NCBI GenBank assembly: GCA_963771795.1 | Contig: CAVYUR010000002.1 | Coordinates: 23,557 to 87,556 of the forward strand | Source: an uncultured Chloroflexia bacterium | Lineage (GTDB): Bacteria > Chloroflexota > Limnocylindria > Limnocylindrales > CSP1-4 | Direction: 5' to 3' | DNA: 64,000 nucleotides | In this document: positions 35,540 to 48,040 of the stretch, in pieces | Numbering within the stretch: position 1 is the first letter of the stretch | How the letters are laid out: the number at the start of each line of letters is the position of its first letter | The notes under the pieces: model-generated | The model's input: the letters and a program-made list of their open reading frames with translations, nothing else | The model's database searches: none | What the model was told of the DNA's origin: nothing | Translations under genes and position numbers: made by a program

Positions 35540-38533
35540 TCAGCCGCCGCGTTTCCTCCGCTTGGCTTCGCGCAGGCGGGTCAGCGTGTCGCTCGCCTCC
35601 TCAGGGACTGGCGCCGGTGCCGGTCGCGGGGCAGCGGCCGGGGGCGGCGGCGCTGCAGCCGGCGGAGTCGCGGGTACGGCTTTCGGCTCGACTGCACGGG
35701 TAGCGGTGCGCGCCGCGGCCGGCCTCTCCGCTACGGGTCCCGGTGTCGGGGCGACCACCAGCGGTGGGGCGACCGCCTCGCCGGATGCCGCGACGTCACC
35801 TCGAAGGATTGCCGCCCTGGCCGACGATCCAGCCGCCCGATCGCGTGCGGCCAACATGCCCGCGACCTCGACCGGCCTTGGCGCGACCGCCCCGCGGCGC
35901 CGCCAGCCGCCGGCCAGCCAGCGGCGGGCGTCGACGAGCTCGCGACGACCCATCGACACCCGCCGCAGGGCGATGTCGAGCGGCCAGAGGAGCAGCGCGA
36001 GGATGAGCAGGCTCGGCCAGAGGTCCGTGTAGGTATCGGTCGTGGCGAGGTCGTGGGTCCAGGGCTGGGCAGCCGTCTCGATTGCCCGACCACTCGTTGC
36101 CGCCCGGAGCGTCGCGAGGAACGCCTCGTTCGAGCCGAGCAGGCGGTATTCAGCCGGCGTCGGCGCGACGAGGCCGAGCGTCCGCCCGAGCGGCGTCGAC
36201 CCGGATCGGGTCTGCGAGACGCGGACGATGTACGCACCGGCCTCGATCTCCCCGAGCGGTGCTTCGTAGACGCCTGGCGCGACCTGGACGAGGCCGATGG
36301 CCTTCGACGTAAGGTCGGGAGCGGTGATCGCGACGCCGGTCGTGTAGAAGTCGCGCGGCGATCCGTCCTCCGCGACGCTCTCGACCCGCAACTTGGTCGT
36401 CGTGCCGTCGGTGATGAGCGAGGCCTCGATGCCCGCGGTCTCCTCGCCCGGGAACGTCCAGCCCACGAGCTGACTGAAGAACTTCGAGAACCCGTCCCAG
36501 CCGACCCAGCTGCGTGCCCAGCGGCCGGTCGAGTCGGAGGTCCACGCGACCGACCTCCCCAGCCCGAACTGCCACTGGGCAAGGAGGGGATCGTCGCGGG
36601 CGGTCACGAGAACCGTCTGGGCGGCGGGCTTGGCGGTCGTGCCGTTGTAGCCCAGCAGCTGGGGGAAGCCTTGGTCGAGGCCGCGCAAGATCGGCGACGA
36701 CGAGGTGATGATCGGATGGAACGTCTCCTCGACGATCTGCTGGCCGGAGACCTGCTGCGTCTCCTTGAGGAAGATGTCGGGGATGCTCGCGGGATTCGCC
36801 GCGTCGTAGAACCGGCCGCCACCGTCCTTCGCCAGGCCCTGGAGGAAGGGGTTCGATCCGCCGCCCGCGCCGACGGTCGAAAGCGTGATCCCCGCGGCCT
36901 TCATCCTGGCGATGATCGCGTCGTACTGGCCGGAGCTGGACCAGCCGTCCGTCAGCAGGATGATGTGGCGACGAGTCGCGACCGTGTCCTCGAGCGAGGT
37001 CACGGCCTGTTCGAGGCCGGCGAAGATGTTCGTCTGGCCGAGCGGCTGGATCCCGGCGATGTTGCCGGGAAGGTTGCTGATCCCGCCGAGCGGCTGGGTC
37101 TTCACGACCCAGTGAGCGGACTGGTCGAAGGCGACGACGCCAAGCTCGTCGCGCGCCGTCATCGCTGCGGCTGCTCGGAGGATGGCTTCCTTGCCGATGT
37201 CGACCTTCCGCACGCCGGACATTCCCGGGCCGCCCATGCCGCCGTCGAAGGAGTTGCAGTGGCATGCGTCCATCGATCCGGACTTGTCGATCACGACCAC
37301 GAGGGCGATGTCGGGCTGCTTCTGCCGATCACGGACCCCCATGTCGACCGGGAGCGTCTCCTCGATCGGTGTCTTCTGGTAGCCGCCGGCGCCGTAGCTT
37401 CGGGGCCCGCCGATCATGACGAGGCCCTTGCCGAGATCCCGGACGTAGACCTGGAGAGACGCCATCTGGCGGTCGGTCAGCGACGTGCGCGGCACGTCGA
37501 CGAGCACGATCGAGTCGTAGGTGGCCAGCGTCAACGGGTCCGCAGAGAGTCCCGCCGCGGCGACGGTGTCGACGTCCTGGCGCTCGAGCTCGAGGGCCGT
37601 CACGAGCTCGGCGGCGACCGACTCGTCACCGGTCACGACGAGGATGCGTGGCTCGCCCTGGACGATCGTGTTCGAGTCCGCCCGGTCGTTCTGGCTGAAC
37701 GTGTTCTGGGCCGCCTCTACGACGACACGGAATCGGACGAAGCCGGCCTCCTGCGGTTCGACGAGGAACTGGACCTTGTTCGCGCCCACCTCGAGATCGA
37801 GGCGCTCGATCCCGACCTGGACGCCGTTGGCGAACAGCCGGACGGTCGCCGGTTGAGCGACGGTCGAATTGACGTCGGCGACCACCTCGACCTTCTCCCC
37901 GAGCCGCGACGTCGAGGGAGTCGTCAGGCGCTCGACGATGACCTCTTCGGCCGTTCCCAGCCCGATCACCTTCGTCTCGACCTGGATTCCGCGAGCGGCC
38001 GCGAGCGCCGCCTCCGACTGGCCCTGGCCCGTCGTGTCGTTGCCGTCCGACAGCAGGACGATCCGCTTCTGGGCATCGTCCGGGAAAAGCGCCGAAGCGA
38101 GCCGGAGCGCGGACCCGATATCGGTGGCGGACTGGACGGGCGAGGATGCGATCCGGTCGATCGAGCGTAGCTCGGCGGGGAGGCGCTCGACGAGAGCTCC
38201 CTTGCCGAACGCGACGATCCCCGCCGCATCGCCCTCCGGCATCAGGGCCAGGCTCTCGCGGATGAACGCGAGCGCGTCCTCGCGACCGTCTTCGCCCACC
38301 GAATCCGAGAGGTCGACCACGAAGACAGTGGCCAGCCGGTCGACCGGCAGGACGAGCCTGAAGCCTGCGAGCGCGAAGACGAGGGCCGTGAGCAGGACCG
38401 TCCGCAGGATCAGCGCGACCCTTCGCCGGCCCTTGCCCGTCCGCCGTCGTGCAGCGGCAAAGAGGCCGAACGTGATGCCGAGCGCCGGAATGAGCAGGAG
38501 CAGCGCGAGCGGGACGTCGAAGGCGATGCCCAT
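35540..38533 (-). CDS. Membrane protein with two VWA domains and a glutamine-amidotransferase-like domain
   Basis: MIDAS motifs DLSDS and DKSGS, LLSDG/LLTDG, N- and C-terminal TM helices. Start at ATG 38533. Confidence 0.8.
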   Translation of the reverse strand: MGIAFDVPLALLLLIPALGITFGLFAAARRRTGKGRRRVALILRTVLLTALVFALAGFRLVLPVDRLATVFVVDLSDSVGEDGREDALAFIRESLALMPEGDAAGIVAFGKGALVERLPAELRSIDRIASSPVQSATDIGSALRLASALFPDDAQKRIVLLSDGNDTTGQGQSEAALAAARGIQVETKVIGLGTAEEVIVERLTTPSTSRLGEKVEVVADVNSTVAQPATVRLFANGVQVGIERLDLEVGANKVQFLVEPQEAGFVRFRVVVEAAQNTFSQNDRADSNTIVQGEPRILVVTGDESVAAELVTALELERQDVDTVAAAGLSADPLTLATYDSIVLVDVPRTSLTDRQMASLQVYVRDLGKGLVMIGGPRSYGAGGYQKTPIEETLPVDMGVRDRQKQPDIALVVVIDKSGSMDACHCNSFDGGMGGPGMSGVRKVDIGKEAILRAAAAMTARDELGVVAFDQSAHWVVKTQPLGGISNLPGNIAGIQPLGQTNIFAGLEQAVTSLEDTVATRRHIILLTDGWSSSGQYDAIIARMKAAGITLSTVGAGGGSNPFLQGLAKDGGGRFYDAANPASIPDIFLKETQQVSGQQIVEETFHPIITSSSPILRGLDQGFPQLLGYNGTTAKPAAQTVLVTARDDPLLAQWQFGLGRSVAWTSDSTGRWARSWVGWDGFSKFFSQLVGWTFPGEETAGIEASLITDGTTTKLRVESVAEDGSPRDFYTTGVAITAPDLTSKAIGLVQVAPGVYEAPLGEIEAGAYIVRVSQTRSGSTPLGRTLGLVAPTPAEYRLLGSNEAFLATLRAATSGRAIETAAQPWTHDLATTDTYTDLWPSLLILALLLWPLDIALRRVSMGRRELVDARRWLAGGWRRRGAVAPRPVEVAGMLAARDRAAGSSARAAILRGDVAASGEAVAPPLVVAPTPGPVAERPAAARTATRAVEPKAVPATPPAAAPPPPAAAPRPAPAPVPEEASDTLTRLREAKRRKRGG

Positions 38534-38534
38534 C

Positions 38535-40643
38535 TCAGGCACTCCCTCCGGCGGGCCGGCGGAGCCGACTCGAGAGCGAGCGCCAGCCGCGGGTGACGAC
38601 GTCGCGGTGGTAGAGCGCCCACTCGACACACAGGCCGATCAGGACGAGCAGGACGATCGGGAACCAGAGCTCGTCCCGGGCCGGTGGTCGAGACTCGACG
38701 GCCGGATCCGGCGCAGCCGAGGCGCCGGGTGCGGGCGCCGCGTGGCCCAGGTTCTCCAGGACGGCCGCGGAGCCAGGGATGATCGTCGACTCCGCCACGT
38801 CGAACAGATCGACAGCAAAGCGGATCGGGGCGTTCGGATCGACAAGGCCCGAGCCGGTTCCGGGGCTGCCCGACGCGCCGGGTGATGCGCTCGGTGTCGG
38901 CGTCGCGCTCGGCGACGGGCTCCCGGGGCTGGCAGAGGCGTTGCCGGCCGCCGGCCGGATCGCCGTGGCCGTGTAGACGCCGAGCAGGTTGGTCTGGGCG
39001 AAGGTCACGCTGGCTCCGCCGGCCGTTCCGGGGGCGAGCTCGACGATCGATCCGTCCGGCCGTTCGACCCGCAGCCCCGTTGCGCCGACGGGCATCGCCA
39101 GCACCACCGGATCGCCGGGCTTGACGGCGTCGGCCGGCGCCGCGCTGCCTCCCATCAGCTCGCCTGTGAGGTTGGCGATCAGGATGGGAAAGGCGACCTG
39201 GAGCGGCAGGTCGCTGCGGCGCGGTTCGAACGCCAGGACACCGGTCGGGACGCCGTCGAGGACGCCCGCGTACAGGAGCGGTGCACCCTTCGGTCCGGGG
39301 ATGACGGCTCGAGCCCAGGCCGGCAGGGCGAGCTTGACCGCTTCGGCGATATGGATCGTCGAGAGGTCGACGTAGCGGAGGATCGGCTCGTCCGGCGAGA
39401 GCGTGCCGATGCCCGGGTTCGTCAGCTTGCCCGAAACGGCGCCGGCCGGGCTCGTCCTGGGCGGAGCGATTACGAGGGTCGGAACTCTCGGCAGCGTCGC
39501 GGGGACGAACCCTTCGAAGATGATCAGGTCCCAGTCGGTCCCGTCGCGCCGTTGCGCGTCGGCCGGGTAGCGAGCCGGCGTCACGCCGAAGAGATTCGAG
39601 TTCGGCAGATACGACAGCGCGGTCTCGAGGTACGGATCGCCCTCGCCGACGAGAAGGATCTCCCGCTTGCGATCGGGCGGGACGATCGCCCAGGCCCGAT
39701 CGTCGGCGGCGAGCTGGTCCGGCGGCTTCGACGGATCCGAGGAGCCATCGGCGGCGACGAGGCGGACCTCGACAACGGCAACGCCCAAATCGACGTCGTC
39801 GATGATCACGTCGGCCCGCTGCAGTGCACCCATCCGGACGTCGCGTGCTTCCAGCAGCAGGCCGTCGCCCCAGAGCTCGAGTCGCCGCATCGAGGGTTCG
39901 ACGTCGAGGTTGGCCATTCCCACGAAGACCGATCGCGTCACGGCGGACGGAGCGGTGCGGACGGCAAGCGCGACGATCGCCTGGTTGCGGCTGCCGCGCT
40001 CGCTCCCGACGCGGAGGACGCGGACCTTGGCGTCGACGTCCGTCGTCGGCACCGATGCCAGCGCTGCGTCGGTCGCGATCAGCACCTCCGCATCGCCGGA
40101 TTGCGACGCGAGCTCAGAGGCGAGCTCCAGCGCGTCGGCGAGGTCGCCGGCGGCGGTCGTGGGACGGATCGATTCGATCGCCAGGCGCACCCGGCCGAGG
40201 TCCGACGAGCCCGCCGCGACGATCCGCGCCGTGCGTCCGGCCTCGATGACGCTGACCTTGCCGCCCGCCGGCAGGTCCTTGAGCGCGTCCAGGGCGGCCT
40301 GTTTCGCCGCGGTCAGGCGATCCGGCGAGACGTCCGTGGCGGCCATGCTGGCGGATGTGTCGATGACGAGGACGATGTCCCTGGCCAAGCCGGCCGGACG
40401 CTCGATGAACGGTCGCGCGGCGAGCAGGACGAGGATGATCACGAGAAGCAGCTGAAGGAGGAAGAGCAGGCTCCGACGAAGCTTCTGCCACGGTGCATTG
40501 GCCTCGACGTCCGCGACGAGCCGCTGCCAGAGCAGGGTCGAGGAGACCTTGGTCTCTTCGCGACGCAGCTTCAGCAGATACATCGCGATGACGGCCGGCA
40601 CGAAGAGGAGGCCGAGCAGCGCGAGTGGCGTCGTGAGGGGCAT
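38535..40643 (-). CDS. BatA-type N-terminal domain + VWA domain protein
   Basis: MYLLKLRR...SSTLLW (BatA-like), DTSASM MIDAS, C-terminal TM with EW.LYHR. Confidence 0.82.
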   Translation of the reverse strand: MPLTTPLALLGLLFVPAVIAMYLLKLRREETKVSSTLLWQRLVADVEANAPWQKLRRSLLFLLQLLLVIILVLLAARPFIERPAGLARDIVLVIDTSASMAATDVSPDRLTAAKQAALDALKDLPAGGKVSVIEAGRTARIVAAGSSDLGRVRLAIESIRPTTAAGDLADALELASELASQSGDAEVLIATDAALASVPTTDVDAKVRVLRVGSERGSRNQAIVALAVRTAPSAVTRSVFVGMANLDVEPSMRRLELWGDGLLLEARDVRMGALQRADVIIDDVDLGVAVVEVRLVAADGSSDPSKPPDQLAADDRAWAIVPPDRKREILLVGEGDPYLETALSYLPNSNLFGVTPARYPADAQRRDGTDWDLIIFEGFVPATLPRVPTLVIAPPRTSPAGAVSGKLTNPGIGTLSPDEPILRYVDLSTIHIAEAVKLALPAWARAVIPGPKGAPLLYAGVLDGVPTGVLAFEPRRSDLPLQVAFPILIANLTGELMGGSAAPADAVKPGDPVVLAMPVGATGLRVERPDGSIVELAPGTAGGASVTFAQTNLLGVYTATAIRPAAGNASASPGSPSPSATPTPSASPGASGSPGTGSGLVDPNAPIRFAVDLFDVAESTIIPGSAAVLENLGHAAPAPGASAAPDPAVESRPPARDELWFPIVLLVLIGLCVEWALYHRDVVTRGWRSLSSRLRRPAGGSA

Positions 40644-40652
40644 GAGCGTGAG

Positions 40653-41600
40653 CTACCCGAGCACTCGTCGTCGTCGCAACTCGGCGAAGATCAGGTCATT
40701 CAGGGGCACGTCGGACGACAGGTCGACGTAGCTCGCGCGGCGGCGGGCCGCGAGATCGGCGAACGACTCCTTCCAGGCGGCGAGCCGCGATCGGTAGGCG
40801 TCAAGCGTTTGCAGATCGGCCGTGATGTCGACGCCAGCCCCCGTTTCGGTATCGACGAGCCGCAGATCGCCCTCGAGCTGCGGATCGAGCTCCTCGGGCG
40901 ACAGGATGTGCAGGACGATCAGCTCGGAACGCGTGGCGGCAAGCTCGCGGATGACGCGATCGGCGGCCGGGTCGAGCAGATCGGACATCAGCACGACGAC
41001 GCCGCGACCGTGGAGTTGGGCGGCCGCGTGGCGGGCCGACGCGACGAGATCAGTCGGTCCGGCGGCGGGCTGGATCCCGGACAGGTTCGAAAGCAGGCGG
41101 AACACCCGACCGGAACCCCGGAGCGGCGTCTGGCGGCGACTCGTCCGGCCACCGAGGGCACTGATCGTGACGCGATCCTCGGATGCCAGGCCGATGTACC
41201 CGAGCGCCGCGGCCGCCCGCTTGGCGAAGATCAGCTTCTCCGGCCGGCCGGACGCCATCGATGCGGACGTGTCGATGAGGATCGTGATCGTCACGTCCTC
41301 TTCCTCGACGAAAAGCTTGACGAACAGCTTCTCGAGCCGGGCGTAGACGTTCCAGTCGAGCTGTCGAAGGTCGTCGCCGAGGGCGTAGTCGCGGTAGTCG
41401 GCGAACTCGACGCTCTGGCCGCGCTTCACGCTTCGGCGGCCGCCCTTGAGCCCACCCCGGACCGGGGATCGGAGTAGCAGGAGGAGCCGCTCCAGCTGCC
41501 TGAGGAAGCCCTCGTCGAAGACCGTCGGGTCGAGGTCGTTCGGCAGGAAGGCCGGGCGGGAGCCCTGCGCCGGCGGCGTGCTCGCTGGTCCCTGGGTCAT
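40653..41600 (-). CDS. DUF58 domain protein (MoxR-associated, VWA-like)
   Basis: SVEFADYRDYALGDDLRQLDWNVYAR, FVEEED, DTSASM, MSDL. Confidence 0.9.
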   Translation of the reverse strand: MTQGPASTPPAQGSRPAFLPNDLDPTVFDEGFLRQLERLLLLLRSPVRGGLKGGRRSVKRGQSVEFADYRDYALGDDLRQLDWNVYARLEKLFVKLFVEEEDVTITILIDTSASMASGRPEKLIFAKRAAAALGYIGLASEDRVTISALGGRTSRRQTPLRGSGRVFRLLSNLSGIQPAAGPTDLVASARHAAAQLHGRGVVVLMSDLLDPAADRVIRELAATRSELIVLHILSPEELDPQLEGDLRLVDTETGAGVDITADLQTLDAYRSRLAAWKESFADLAARRRASYVDLSSDVPLNDLIFAELRRRRVLG

Positions 41601-41661
41601 TGCCAAGCCGCCGCCAGATCCGTGTCGTTCGTGGGTCTCGACCGCGCCGGACCGACGCCGC

Positions 41662-42681
<1,020 letters not shown>

Positions 42682-42721
42682 CGGAACCTCCGGATCGGTC
42701 GCGGGCGCGCCAGCGCCGGCG

Positions 42722-44766
<2,045 letters not shown>

Positions 44767-44767
<1 letters not shown>

Positions 44768-46006
44768 CAGGTGGCCCTCCGGAATGGACGCCGCAGGAAT
44801 CCGGGACGCCAGCGACGTGTTGGTGAGACGAGTTGAACGGATGCGAGGATGAGAACGGTCGACAGGACGATCCAGGCAGCAACGCTGCGCGGCCAGAAGG
44901 TGTCGCGCCGGATGCCGAACGGCTGGACGGGGGCGACGTCATTGACGATGACCTTCCCGTCCGGGAAGACGGCGGGCCCACGCACGCCTACCGGGATCGA
45001 TCACCCCGCCCGGCACGATCGTCGAGCCTCCCGTGGCCCCGCCGCCGATGCCGATGCTGATCGCCCCGTTCGTCACCTCGGCCAGGCGGGAGCACCAGCC
45101 GCCGTATCCGTCGGACGCTCCGCAGATGACGTCGTACTGGGCGGCGAAGGGGTTGTACCAGAGCAGCGCCTGGGGCGGTCGGCCCTTGATCGGCCCGATT
45201 CCCTGGTTGCCAAAGCCCGCCTGATTCGGCGAGATGCCGGCCATCGTCGTCCAGAAGAGGACGACGAAGAGAGAGCCCATCGTCAGGGCCATGACGCCGA
45301 AGAACGTCACGACCGTGGCTGCCTGTGTCCGCTGCATCAACGCAGAGATGAAGAGTCCCAGTGCACCGAGGCCGATCGCCGATGCGAACAGGACGATATA
45401 GCCGCGCAGCACCTCATCCGGCCCGACGCCTCCGAACACGAAGACCATCGCGGTCAGCGGGATCGACGCGATGATGAGGATGAAGACGTACGTGAGCGCG
45501 CTCAGGAGCTTGCCGATGACGATCGCGAGCGACGAGATCGGCGTCGCAGTCAGCATGTCGAGCGTCTGCTTCTCTCGCTCGAGGCTGATCGCCCCGGCAG
45601 TGAACGCAGGCGCGAGGAACACGACGAGGAGGGTCTCGATGATGAGCAGGGCCCCGAAGATCTCCTGGCCGATGAGTGCGGACGCAAACGCCGCCGAGGA
45701 CCCGCCGAACGCACCGGTGTTCCCGTATGCCCGCTCGGCGATGAGCTCCCAGGCCCACGCAAAGCCGGCCAGGAAGAGCAGATAGATGGTCAGGATCACG
45801 AACGCCCGGCGACCGCGCATCCGGCCCCGCAGCTCCTTGACCCCCACGGCGACGATGCCCGCCGCCAGGGAGCGGATCGCCGCAATCGGGTGAGGGCGCC
45901 TGCGTCGTGCGGCCACCGGCCCCACGGAAATGGCGGCTGCCTCGGCGTCGCTCTCCTCGACGTCGACGACCGGGATCTCGACGATCTGGCCTGTTCGGTC
46001 AGTCAT
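44767..46006 (-). CDS. ABC-2-type permease; apparent +1 frameshift near 44994
   Basis: KELRGRMRGRRAF, AGAISLEREKQTLDML. The C-terminal FWPRS...SPTRRW in the 44767-44985 frame matches the adjacent paralogue. Confidence 0.82.
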
Positions 46007-47084
46007 CGCCAGCTACCTCGGGGCTCCGGGACCTGACCGGACGGCCGGGCCAATGCCACCGCCTCGTCGGCGAGATCGACTGTGCGGCGGCGACGATCCC
46101 CACGGCTGCGAGGGCCAGGTAGACGACGACCGACTTCGGCCAGAAGTCGCCGCCGGCCGGGATCGGCTGAGGGACGAGCTGCATCCCGTCGCCGACAAAT
46201 ACTGGATTGCCGGAATCATCAAATTGCTGCCCGGCAAACGGGTCAAGGACAACCCGCGGCATCGTTGCCTGCTGGGCGAGGCAAGCCTCGCCGGTCGCCT
46301 GGCAGATGACGTCGAACTGGGCCACGAACGGATTCAGGTAGAGCAGTGCTTCCGGAGGTCGGGCGGCTGTCTGGTTCTCCTCGCGAGAGTCGAGGCCGAT
46401 CCACGCCGCACTCGCCCCAACGACCAGCAACGCCGTCGCGATGAAGGCCGAAACCGTGGCCGCCTGCGTTCGATTCATCGCCGCGGAGCACCAGATCCCG
46501 ATTGCCCCGATCCCGATCCCCGTTGTCGCGAGGACAAAGTAGCCTCGGAGGAGATCCTCCGGACCGATGCCGCCGAACGCGAATGCCAGGCAGGCGATCG
46601 GGAATGATGCGACGACGACGAGCCCGAGATACGACAGGCCACTGAGCAGCTTGCCGGTGACCATCGAGAGCGACGAGATGGGGGTGACGGCTAGCAGGTC
46701 GTATGTCTGCTTTTCCCGTTCACCGCTGATTGCGCCGGCGGTGTAGGCCGGGGCGAGTGCCACGACCACCAACGTCTCGATAAGCAGGACACCCGCGAAG
46801 ATCCCGCGGCCGATCGCAACTGATTGCGTCGCGCTCAGCGTTTCCATCGGGGCGGTCCGGAGGGCGAGCCACAGCAGCGCCGAGAGGAAGCCCAGGTAGA
46901 CGGTGATGAAGATGAACGCGCGCTTCCCGCGCATCCGACCGCGAAGCTCGCGAACCAGGATGGCCGACACACCGGCCAGCCGGCCAGGATCGTAGGTCGG
47001 GTCGACCGGCCGGGTCGGAAGCGCCGGCTCGGGGACGGCCAGGGGAGCAGCCGCGTCGACGTTCGCCGGGGACGCGTCGGTCAT
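45999..47084 (-). CDS. ABC-2-type permease (paralogue)
   Basis: RELRGRMRGKRAF, AGAISGEREKQTYDLL, LYLNPF, FWPKS...SPTRRW. Confidence 0.85.
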   Translation of the reverse strand: MTDASPANVDAAAPLAVPEPALPTRPVDPTYDPGRLAGVSAILVRELRGRMRGKRAFIFITVYLGFLSALLWLALRTAPMETLSATQSVAIGRGIFAGVLLIETLVVVALAPAYTAGAISGEREKQTYDLLAVTPISSLSMVTGKLLSGLSYLGLVVVASFPIACLAFAFGGIGPEDLLRGYFVLATTGIGIGAIGIWCSAAMNRTQAATVSAFIATALLVVGASAAWIGLDSREENQTAARPPEALLYLNPFVAQFDVICQATGEACLAQQATMPRVVLDPFAGQQFDDSGNPVFVGDGMQLVPQPIPAGGDFWPKSVVVYLALAAVGIVAAAQSISPTRRWHWPGRPVRSRSPEVAGDD

Positions 47085-48040
47085 GCGACGGCCCCGGCGG
47101 TGTTGCCGGAGGTGACCTGCAGGAACAGCTCTTCGAGATCGCTCGCCGCACGGGCGAAGCTGACGACCCTGATCCCGGCCCCGATGGTCCGCGCCAGGAG
47201 CTCCGCGGACTCGTCGTCGTCGCCGCGGAATCCCAGCTCGATCTGACCGTCGTCGAGGATCGTCGCGGAGGCGACCCGTGCCTCGGCGGCGTAAAAGGCG
47301 CGCGCGACCTCGATCGCATCGCCGTCGCCGAGGACTCGGACCCGGAGGACGGCGCCGTACCGGAGCCGTTTCTCGATGTCGGAGACGCGGCCCTGGGCGA
47401 GGACCTGGCCGTGGTCGACGATCGCGACGCTCGTGCAGAGCTCCTCGAGCTCCGGGAGGATATGGCTGCTGATCACGATCGTCTTGCCGAGGGCCCGGAG
47501 CTCCCTGAGAAGTTCGCGAAGCTCGACCCGTGCCCGCGGATCGAGGCCGGACGCCGGCTCGTCGAGCAACAGGACCTGCGGGTCGTGGACGAGCGTGTGG
47601 GCGAGGCAGAGTCGCTGCTGCATGCCGCGCGACAGGCCCTGGACGTACGCATCGCGCTTGTCGCCGAGATCGACGAGGTCGAGGAGGTCGCCGATCATCC
47701 GCCGCCGCTTGTCCGCCGGGATCCCGTAGCAGCGGGCGAAGAAGTCGAGGTACTCCCAGACCTTCATGTCGTCGTAGACACCGAAGACGTCAGGCATGAA
47801 GCCGAGGACGCGCCGTGCCGCATCGGGGTTCCGCCGCACGTTGATCCCGGCGATCTCCGCCTCGCCCGATGTCGCCGAGAGCAGCGTCGCGAGGATCCGC
47901 AGCGTCGTCGTCTTGCCGGCCCCGTTCGGCCCGACGAGGCCGAAGATCTCGCCATCGGCCACCTCGAGGTCGAGCCCGGCAACGGCCAGGGTTCCTGCAT
48001 AGCGCTTGATGAGGCCGCTGGTCCGAACGATCGTCGTCAT
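47081..48040 (-). CDS. ABC transporter ATP-binding protein
   Basis: GPNGAGKTT, LSRGMQQR, LLLDEPASGLDP, SSHIL. Confidence 0.92.
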   Translation of the reverse strand: MTTIVRTSGLIKRYAGTLAVAGLDLEVADGEIFGLVGPNGAGKTTTLRILATLLSATSGEAEIAGINVRRNPDAARRVLGFMPDVFGVYDDMKVWEYLDFFARCYGIPADKRRRMIGDLLDLVDLGDKRDAYVQGLSRGMQQRLCLAHTLVHDPQVLLLDEPASGLDPRARVELRELLRELRALGKTIVISSHILPELEELCTSVAIVDHGQVLAQGRVSDIEKRLRYGAVLRVRVLGDGDAIEVARAFYAAEARVASATILDDGQIELGFRGDDDESAELLARTIGAGIRVVSFARAASDLEELFLQVTSGNTAGAVA

